A program made the translations under genes and the position numbers. Below, piece after piece: positions 54,878 through 64,000 of a stretch of DNA of 64,000 bases. Below the pieces are notes generated by a model that was given only the letters and a program-made list of their open reading frames with translations, was not told where the DNA came from and did no database searches. The stretch lies in contig JALGPX010000014.1 of NCBI GenBank assembly GCA_023515795.1, positions 62,001 through 126,000 on the forward strand, written 5' to 3'. Each line of letters begins with the position of its first letter. Position 1 is the stretch's first letter. This DNA comes from Amoeboaphelidium occidentale. Its lineage: Eukaryota.

Positions 54878-57800
54878 TCATATTCTTTTTTTTGGTGGCG
54901 GGAACTGACAGAAGGAATCAAAAATTCTAACGACTTGATAAGTTCCTGCCTGACTCAATGATAATTGATAAGAGCTTTCATAAATATCACTGATTGTGTG
55001 AGTCTCTAATTCAATTCCCATTTCATTCTTTCTTGCATAAGTAAAAGAGAATGGTGCTGTTCCTTGTGTAAATTCAATAGTCAATGTAGCTTCACTGCCT
55101 TCTCTTATAGAAATTATGTTTGTATTTGTTAAAGATTGAACAATAGCTTTAGGAAGTGGCCGCATGAAATATGATCTTTCTACATTTCTGCAGCAAGATG
55201 ATGATTCACTTTCTTCTGAACCTTCGAGAATATGATGACAGAGCTTCTTTACTTTCAACTCTCCANNNNNNNNNNNNNNNTGAACAATAGCTTTAGGAAG
55301 TGGCCGTATGAAATATGATCTTTCTACATTCCTGCAGCAAGATGATGATTCACTTTCTTCTGAACCTTCGAGAATATGATGACAGAGCTTCTTTACTTTC
55401 AACTCTCCAGGCTGCTTGAACTTCAAATTAACAGACTTTCTAGTGATTCCGGAACTTGCTTTGGTTTTTACTTCCGCTAAAGGCCTGAAATCATCCTGAT
55501 CTTCGTCATCTGAGATTAAATGAGTGAACCATGGTTCGGAGCTCTGATGCTCATTCTCAGCATGTACCAACAGATTCTTTGATACAATACCAGAAGGTCC
55601 AGCAAAATCATAAAATACATTGAAATCAGGGATTCCTTCAACAGAAAAGCGAACCATGTCGTTAATACAAATATTCTCTTCAGAACCAGTGAGTGGAATG
55701 AAACTAGGTTCTTCTGCAATATCAACTTCAAACTGTTCTTCAGTTGTAATCTTTGAAGAGCAACCATGAACATCAGTTACGGAATGCAATTTTACTCTCA
55801 GAGAGCCTGTCTTGTTGATTTGAATGTCATGAAGCAGTGATTTTGTTGAAAGACCGTCTCTTGTATTAATTGTGAAAGTCTTTCGAATTTCGTTGATAGA
55901 ATACTCCACTGACAAAGGATACTCGTTGCCGTTATAAACAAGTTCTGGCAAATTGTTTACATCTTCGACATAGCTCCCAACACAGATACTAACAGGCTTC
56001 GAGACTTTGCTGAATGACACGGTTGGATTTTGATAAATAAAGTATGAGCGGCTTCCAGTACTCGAAACATCTACATTATTGTATCTCTTATCATTCAGTG
56101 AAACCAATTCGATCTTGTTGATGCCTGGAATTGAAAGAGCTAAAGGAATGAAAAAATGATCTGTGTTAACCGCTGTGGATTGAATATTTCCATTCAGCCT
56201 CCATGACAACTCAAATGGTCCTTCTCCCTGAAAAGAAACTTTAAGGAAATTTTCATGTCCAGGAGAAGAGACTTCACATGACTTGAATAAGTCATTATCC
56301 TTTCTTCCAGTAGTATCATGCTTTGTCATTTTTCTCGTGGAGTCATCAAAGCTGTAAAACCCATCTTCCAAAACTAAGCTTGGTTTTGGATAATGGTGGA
56401 TTACAACTGTCTTGTGGTCTTCAATAACCGTCCCTGTACACAAAGCGTCACTAACACCAGATATTTCTACCTTCCCAGCTTCGTTAGGAACACTAACGTA
56501 TGCAAGAGTGGCTTTCTGCTGAGGCTTTTCAATACTTCTCATAATTAGTTTCGAATCGTCTCCAACTAGCAAATCAATTTGAACTGGATAGCTGTAAACA
56601 TGCTCAAGATTAACTGGTAAAGCTATAGTTTCTTCGTCGGCAGTGAAATACATTTCTTTTCGTGAGAACGAGACTTCAGTTTTTCTAAGAGGAATATTCA
56701 ACAAGGAAGGCTTCTTTGAAATTATCTGCAAATCGCACTTGTTTTCAGTAAAATAGACTTTCGTCAAAGAAAACATGTAGGTTCCTCCTTCTTCGAGAAC
56801 GTCGGTTCTGAATGAGAGAATACCTTGGTTATCCGGAATCAGCTCTTCCAATTGTTTTCTCACACGAAGCCCAGATAAACTATTCTGTAGCTCGTATTCA
56901 ACTGTTAAAGTCTTGTAAACATCGAAATTATTCGAAACTCTGAGAGATACATCGGCAAACTCTCCCCAACACAAAGCACTTGTTACGTAGGAAACTGATA
57001 CAGTAACAGGTCTTTGAATAATCTTTCTGAAAATCCCAGCCTGATTATACTGCAGAACTCTTGGATAATGATCATCTGCAAATTCTGTAAATCTGACTTG
57101 ATACTCAACTTTGTTCTCTTTCTCATTTGCACTAATGTTGGAATCTTCATCGATCGGGTTAATAGTCACGACTTCTCGTAAAGAACTGAGCAACTTGCTT
57201 GATGACTTGATAACCTTGTTATTCTTCAATAAATCGTACTTTAATTTAAACGGAGGCTGACCACTCATGGAAACATCCAATTTGAATGAAACGTCTCTGC
57301 TTCTGGTGAATCCACATTCTTCAAAACCGCTTTCAGAAGTGGCTCCGTCTCGGCNNNNNNNNNNNNNNNNNNNNNTGCTTGAGGACTTGATAACCTTGTT
57401 ATTCTTCAATAAATCGTACTTTAATTTAAACGGAGGCTGACCACTCATGGAAACATCAAATTTGAATGAAACGTCTCTGCTTCTGGTGAATCCACATTCT
57501 TCAAAACCGCTTTCAGAAGTGGCTCCGTCTCGGCTTATGGCTTCTGAGATTTCTATCGAAGGCGGCTTCATCTTGACAATCCTGACAATATTGTTTGACG
57601 CAACAGTGGTCGGCTTTTCGCAAATTGAATCATGTATAGACTCAATGGTGTATTCTCCTTCTCCTTCAACAGGGATTTCAGAAACATCAGATACGTCCCG
57701 ATAAACAACTACATCATTCTCATACTTGTACTTGATCTTAAACTTAGAATCCTTTAGACCAGTTTGGACTTCAAGAGGAATGACGAAGTTCGACGTAAAA

Positions 57801-59168
57801 TCCACAACTTCGACAAATTCATTCTTCACTCGGACTTTAGGTTCATGAATAACTTTTAACTCTCTTTCAACATGATTTCCACTACCTGAAACATCACTAG
57901 TATACTTTGAATCTTTAACGTGTTTCAGTTCAAAGCTGTAAGTGCCTGGAGACTGAAGACTTTGAGACACAATAGAACCACTGTAAAAAGAAGAATTTCC
58001 AAGTTTGAAAAGCGAACCTTCAGCTATTTGATCAAGCTGGACTGCGTGATACTCAACTGCACCAGATGGAGATGTGACGGAGTATTTTAGAACAAATGGC
58101 GCGACGCCAAATGCTTTGATTCCAAAAGAAGGAGAGAATTCGTTCATGCACTTGATCTCTTCTTTAGTAACATCATCAGAAAACTCTACAGCTGGACATG
58201 GATCGATGCTGAACTGGTTGTCCCCAACTATTACCCCCTCGCCTTTCTCATCCCTCAGCGAGACCAACTTGTATGCTCCGATAACATTCGCATTAATCCG
58301 AACAAGCTTCTCGTGCCTCCCACTTCTATATTTGCCATCGCCATTAATAACAAGCTGTTTTCTAATAGGCGCAGCATTCTGTCCGAATGGTTCGATTTCA
58401 TATTCTAATATCCAAGGTGCAACACCTTTCAGTAAAACATCCACAAAACCATTTCCAACATCTGTAGCGACACTCTCTGGGCTTTCAAAAATACTATTGC
58501 GTGAACCTGAGCCCCCGATACTAACACACTCCGGCAGGGTTGCAGAAGGGTTCAGTTCCGCAGATGAATATGGTAAAACATTAACTGTAATTGGACCTGC
58601 ATAGATTCCACCATAGTAATCCTCCTCATCATAAACGAAATCGGAATCATCTTGAAGATTAATAGTGACAATATTTTTCTCTATCTGACGTTCCATATTG
58701 CGCTGGTAATAAGATTCCGTAATTGAACGTAGCGACACAGGCGACACAGGCAAAAGTATCGCAGCAAGCAACAAAGTCTTCAACAACAGCAGACCAATAA
58801 GCGTATAAAAAGAGAATCTGAGCTTTGGAANNNNNNNNACGTAGCGACACAGGCGACAGAGGCAAAAGTATCGCAGCAAGCAACAAAGTCTTCAACAACA
58901 GCAGACCAATAAGCGTATAAAAAGAGAATCTGAGCTTTGGAATCTGGGCCAGGTATAATACAATTGAGTAACCAGAGAATAGGATAAGCCATCCAGCAAG
59001 CAAAGAATAATCTTTGATCAGAGACAATTGCTTCTGATGGACAGCCAAAGAATTGTAAACCCTGAATGCGTGCTGAAAAAGCTGAGCTGTAAAAATGCCC
59101 ACAAATAATATGAAGACCATAAACGCTGATCTTCTCTTGGCGACATTGTCCGCGCCGGTATGAATCAT
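54878..59168 (-). CDS. POM152: Nuclear pore membrane protein Pom152 (several gap overlaps)
   Basis: N-terminal TMs with IP.LRFS, TVNVLPYSSAELNP, repeated G.PPF/W.L.Y Ig-like units with Cys pairs, C-terminal GTYQVVRIFDSFCQFP. Confidence 0.85.
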
Positions 59169-60815
59169 CTCGTTTTGAGAAATAGAAAGTTTTGATTTTA
59201 TTAAAATTTAAAAGCAAAAAAACAGAAATAGAACCAAAAGTAAAGAAGATCATGTGCACTCAAGTTTCGGGACCACATGGTTTCTTAGGTANNNNNNNNN
59301 NNNNNNNNNNNTTGATTTTATTAAAATTTAAAAGCAAAAAAAACAGAAATAGAACCAAAAGTAAAGAAGATCATGTGCACTCAAGTTTCGGGACCACATG
59401 GTTTCTTAGGTAGCCATTTAAACGGACAACACCACAATAGATTGAATTGGTAGTCAACACGGAAACCACAATGGCAAATTACCTGAGGTAAAGCTACAGA
59501 TACAATTTTGGATACTTAGCAACCCAAAACCCATCACAGAGGCATTAAACGAGCAAACCATATTTTTTAAGCAAATACTGCAACCGACAAAACCATAACA
59601 GAAGTATTAAACGAACAAACCACAATGACCTAGCGATCTAAAATAAATCCACATGACCAGCCAAGGAGTCTAAGCAACCAAAAAGCTAAACACGGACGGT
59701 ATTCCCGATAAACATACCAAAACCAGAAAATGACAGGAAACAAAAGCGCCCACATACTTTCTTCGGTCTTTGCAGCATCCAGTCTTATTGACAAATTAAT
59801 CCTCATAAGGCATTCTCGATAAACATACCAAAACCACATGTGATAATAGCAGTAGAGAAGAAACAACATGCAAAACCCCAGAAAACGAAACCGCATTCGT
59901 AGGGTCAAGGGCAGCTGGTAGAAAATAAACAAACAAGAAACAAGAACCACCATAATCAACTTAAAGATTTCAGCTCCAAGAGAGCTACTGAACCTGTTAA
60001 CAACAGAAACAAGAGCAACCACAATGTGCTAATAACGTATTGGGTGTTCCATCCGCTAAACCTTCTGGAAGAACAAAGAAACCACATGGGCGGGATGCCT
60101 CAACCAAAAGATATTCATTAAAATCCACCCCGAAGACTCACAATAGGGCGGAGACTTTTTACCACGAAGCAACTTCAAAAATTAAATAAAACAATAAAAA
60201 CCAACATATGGTTTGTGTCTTGAGACAAAAGAGCAAAGAAACCACATCCATATCTGATATATAAGCTAAAAACGGACAAACCACCGTAACATATCAACAA
60301 AAACTGTTCCGCTTGATCATACTCAAAGACAGCAACCACGATCAACTGTTCATCTTGCCCAAGGGACAATACTTTCCGAGGCACCAAAAAGCAATTTCAA
60401 TAAAACAATAAAAACCACATAGAAACATATCAGTCTCCCATCACCAGAACTTGACAGAAGCAGAAAAGAACACAATTAAACCACATATTCTCGTCGTTGT
60501 TATAACGACCCCAAATTAGATATTCAGTTCGCAGAAAATCTCATTAGACAAAAGAAGACCCACATAATATTTGTTGATGGCAGGCAGAGAATCGTAAGTG
60601 TATCACATTTAGAACGAGAAACCACCACACCGGCATGCAGCATCTGCAGGTACCCACAATCAATTGGCTTTCTTGAAATGAGTAGACACGCTTGGCTGAG
60701 AGGGAATTATGAGGGAATCACAATCCAGAGAAGAAAGTTTAATCTTGTGGCGCAGTGATGTTTCAAACTACGCCACAGATTCTACAAAAAGATCAAAAAT
60801 TCTATTGAACACACT

Positions 60816-61565
60816 TCACAGTGCTATGACCATGATCAATAATAAAATTACAATCACTGACAGTATTATAATGCATGTTCCTGTTCGATCATTAAGATTG
60901 TCATTGTAGAACTTTTGAAGACGTTTAGATGCTGCACCGAGTCTTGTGCTTGCTTGATCTGCCTTGTTGTCCAGTCGATCCAGAAGTACAGCTTGATCAT
61001 CCAGTTCATTCCCCATTGTTATTGCGATATTCTTCATATTAGACACTGTACCAAGAATAGCGTCCATTTTGGTATCTTGTTGATCCATAATCTTCATTTG
61101 ATGCTGTCCCTCATCTCTAATAACAGAATCTCTATAGTCATCTTGATCATTGTCGTAATTGTTGTATTGAGATGAAGCACCAGCACCAGCGGCGGCGGCA
61201 GCATAAGATTTAGAACCGCTAGGAGATGTTTTTGTGGCTGTAGGTGCAGTTACACTTGATGCTGCTCTAAGAATCTCCTGTATCGTCTGCTTCGATCTCT
61301 CCACGAATGCTCGCCTTCTTTGTAGCTCAGATGCATCCAATTTAAACTTTTGTGGGTTCCTTTCGGCTATTCGGATGGTTTCTTCTAAATCTTGAATGTC
61401 CCATTCTATTGTCTTCACACTCGTCTTGATCTCATCAGCTGTCCATTTCAACTGATCCTTTTGTGTTCCGGAAGATTGTAGCTTCTTTAGGGCAGAGTAA
61501 AGTTCCTGTAAGTGAGCAAGAGACTTTTCTACTTCATCTCTAACGACAAAGAAAGGATCCTCCAT
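60816..61565 (-). CDS. TLG1: Syntaxin-6/Tlg1 Qc-SNARE
   Basis: MEDPFFVVRDEV, EWDIQDLEETI, QQD...ELDDQ SNARE helix, C-terminal TM. Confidence 0.9.
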   Translation of the reverse strand: MEDPFFVVRDEVEKSLAHLQELYSALKKLQSSGTQKDQLKWTADEIKTSVKTIEWDIQDLEETIRIAERNPQKFKLDASELQRRRAFVERSKQTIQEILRAASSVTAPTATKTSPSGSKSYAAAAAGAGASSQYNNYDNDQDDYRDSVIRDEGQHQMKIMDQQDTKMDAILGTVSNMKNIAITMGNELDDQAVLLDRLDNKADQASTRLGAASKRLQKFYNDNLNDRTGTCIIILSVIVILLLIMVIAL

Positions 61566-61662
61566 TTGAATTGATCTTTTTCGTAATCGAATTGAGGTTG
61601 CAAGTTTCTTGGTGCAAACTCAAGTTGTCCTGATCGTCTTTTGGTTCCGTAATCTCTCACAA

Positions 61663-63333
61663 ATGATCGCCAAGACTATTGCCTCCAATAACTCAACACA
61701 AAGCCCTTTAGGATCTCTCAAGTACATGTCATTGGTGCTAATGGCACTTGTTTGCGGTGCTGTCATAATGATACTCTTGCCTGGTGTGTATTTTGGTCAG
61801 TTTTCACGCCCAGTGGAGAAGAAGAGTGTGATCTTTATGGTCACTGATGGTTTTGGCCCTGCTTCTGAGACTTTTGCGCGCACTTATTACCAGTATGTAC
61901 ACAAAGATACGAATTCTCCATTCGATAAGCTTCCGCTTGATAGTATTCTAATTGGGTCATCAAGAACAAAGAGCGGATCATCTTGGATTACTGACTCTGC
62001 TGCTGGTGCTACTGCGTTCTCGTGTGCTCAAAAGACGTATAATGGCGCAATCGCTGTCAACAGTACTTATGGGCCATGTGCTACGATTCTTGAAGCTGCA
62101 AAACTGAAAGGATACATAACTGGCATGGTTGTTACGGCTTCAGTTACTGATGCTACTCCTGCTAGCTTTGCTTCTCACGTGACATATCGTTGGTATGAGC
62201 AGATAATTGCTGAGCACTTGCTAGGTGTTAATTCTCCAATAGGTAGAACTGTCGATTTGCTGTTTGGTGGTGGCTTATGTCAGTTCGTTCCTCAGGGTGA
62301 TGGTTCTTGCAGAAAGGATGGTCTCGATTTGATATCTCTTATTGAAGGTAACGTGGTATTGAACAGGAGTCATTTTGATGCTCTTGACGATTACACACTG
62401 CCTGTGACTGGATTATTCTCACCTGGTCACATGCCGTACGCAATTGATCGCAATCTCACTGAAACACCTTCATTAAAGGAGATGGTCGAGAAATCCTTGA
62501 AAATTATGAAGAAAAACACTGAGAATACTGCAGATGACAAGGGATTCTTCATGCTTATTGAAGGCTCTCGAATTGATCACGCAGCGCATAACAATGATCC
62601 AGCTGCTCATGTTCACGAGATTCTAGCTTATCAGGAGATGGTTGAAGTGGTCAAGCAGTTTGTTGAAGAGAACCCTGGAACAATTTTGGTTTCAACTAGT
62701 GATCACGAAACTGGAGGTTTAGATTTGGGTGTTCAACTGACACCTCAGTATCCAGATTATGCTTGGTATCCAGAGGTATTATCGAAAGTCAAGTATTCGA
62801 CAGATGCTATCGCTTCCATGGTTCTTTCAGTCTCAAATGAGAACAAAAAATCATTTGTTTCAGATGTTGTTTTGCCAGAATTGCTTGGAGTTGATGACTT
62901 TTCATGCGGAGACGTTCACTACCTTGCAAGCCCTGACAGAACATATACTGAACTTGTTTGGGCTCTAGGAAAGATTGTTAGTGATCGTGCAATGATCGGC
63001 TGGAGTACACATGGACATACCGGAGTTGATGTAAACCTTTACGGTTATGCAGGCTCAAAGTATCCTCATGTTTTGAACCCTATTAGAGGAAATGTTGAGA
63101 ACACTGATATAGGAAAGTTTTTACGTGAGTATCTTTCGTTGGATGAATCCATGTTCAAAGGTATTACAGAAGTATTGAATGTTGCTGTCAAGAATGGTAA
63201 ATACAAGACACATCCGGATGGTCAGCCTCCTGTTCCTGAATTCGTTGCTTCCAACAGTTATCACGGATCTATCAACCAAAATACTGAGTTTGTTGGAGAT
63301 AACACTAAGTACGAATTAAATGAAGAGCACTAG
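61663..63333 (+). CDS. PHO8: Alkaline phosphatase (vacuolar type)
   Basis: N-terminal TM, IFMVTDG, TDSAAGATA, EGSRIDHAAH, SDHETGG, HTGVDV. Confidence 0.93.
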   Translation: MIAKTIASNNSTQSPLGSLKYMSLVLMALVCGAVIMILLPGVYFGQFSRPVEKKSVIFMVTDGFGPASETFARTYYQYVHKDTNSPFDKLPLDSILIGSSRTKSGSSWITDSAAGATAFSCAQKTYNGAIAVNSTYGPCATILEAAKLKGYITGMVVTASVTDATPASFASHVTYRWYEQIIAEHLLGVNSPIGRTVDLLFGGGLCQFVPQGDGSCRKDGLDLISLIEGNVVLNRSHFDALDDYTLPVTGLFSPGHMPYAIDRNLTETPSLKEMVEKSLKIMKKNTENTADDKGFFMLIEGSRIDHAAHNNDPAAHVHEILAYQEMVEVVKQFVEENPGTILVSTSDHETGGLDLGVQLTPQYPDYAWYPEVLSKVKYSTDAIASMVLSVSNENKKSFVSDVVLPELLGVDDFSCGDVHYLASPDRTYTELVWALGKIVSDRAMIGWSTHGHTGVDVNLYGYAGSKYPHVLNPIRGNVENTDIGKFLREYLSLDESMFKGITEVLNVAVKNGKYKTHPDGQPPVPEFVASNSYHGSINQNTEFVGDNTKYELNEEH

Positions 63334-63373
63334 AAACTAAATGTTACGAATAAATTTTAATAATTATGGATTC

Positions 63374-64000
63374 TCATTGCGGCAATCCGAAAATTCTTGC
63401 GCCAAGTTCCTCGTAGCCGAATTCTTCCCATTCTCCTGCTCTCATCCAACTATTCGGGTTCATGTAACCGTCTAGTCTGACTAAAATACTTGCACCTTTC
63501 CATGCCAATATTTCGCCTTCCAAATCTCTTGGTGATATTATTGCATCGCATAGACTTGCATCAACGCTGCTGTTGCTCCCACTAAATCCAAACGTTTCTT
63601 TTAATTGTTCGAAGGCTGCTGTCACTTTTTCGCGCAAAGCTGGACCAACTCCAGGAAAATGGCATAGTCCTCCGCCTGTAAGTAGAATGGAACTGAACAT
63701 CTTTACTATTCTTTCTTCTTCTGAAGAGCTCAATTGAATCTTGTTATCAACTTTTGAATTGTTGCCTTTGTTTTTCAACGCAGATTGTAACTTTGGTGAA
63801 GTCGACAGAATAGATAGTACAATTGCTGTCTGCAAGGGTATCAAACCGGTTTCAATTGAAAGCATGGCTTTAGGATCCTGTTCTGTAATATTTTCGGGTT
63901 CTGCTTTAGTTTCAGGTTCAGTTGACACATTATCTTTAACGTCATCATCGTTTAATGCTTTGCTTTCTTTGTTGGGATTGTAAACCATTTTTATAGGCTC
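63374..64000 (-). CDS. ARP8: Actin-related protein C-terminus (Arp8-like), runs off the window
   Basis: SILLTGGG, PRDLEGEILAWKGASIL, W...EWEEFG. Confidence 0.65.
   Translation of the reverse strand, partial: EPIKMVYNPNKESKALNDDDVKDNVSTEPETKAEPENITEQDPKAMLSIETGLIPLQTAIVLSILSTSPKLQSALKNKGNNSKVDNKIQLSSSEEERIVKMFSSILLTGGGLCHFPGVGPALREKVTAAFEQLKETFGFSGSNSSVDASLCDAIISPRDLEGEILAWKGASILVRLDGYMNPNSWMRAGEWEEFGYEELGARIFGLPQ

Noticed and set aside
59630..60387. Hydrophobic minus-strand ORFs
   Set aside because: Their composition follows from the T/G skew; non-ATG starts and no motifs.

Overview
Gene-dense eukaryotic DNA with 30-45 nt GT-AG introns, most consistent with a compact early-diverging fungal genome (inference from POM152, PHO8, fused urease, NOX, GCV2, POL1, RPL5/RPL14). 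The assembly has many N-gaps flanked by near-identical duplicates, probably allelic overlaps. Two accessory islands interrupt the housekeeping genes. Island 1 (about 5.5-19.4 kb) is a patchwork of truncated host genes. It contains a complete 8.1-kb Polinton/Maverick-like self-synthesizing element (7260-15383; 314-bp TIRs, AG...CT ends, GATGTG target-site duplication) that splits an ABCG reading frame. The element encodes a protein-primed PolB and an rve integrase but no recognisable capsid, packaging ATPase or maturation protease. Its cargo is a polymorphic-toxin-like deaminase (RxxDxE...CxxC) lying tail-to-tail with an LRR protein, a candidate toxin/antidote or mutator module. Island 1 also holds a Fanzor2/TnpB-like RNA-guided nuclease element with one nonsense codon. 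Its structured right end (putative omega-RNA) occurs three times in the window with three different flanks and resembles a GT-AG intron. Island 2 (about 26.9-30.5 kb) has two Crinkler/RHS-like NTPase genes ending in another Fanzor right end. An snR60-like box C/D snoRNA sits in the RPL14 intron. All assignments come from motif reading by eye; no searches were run.
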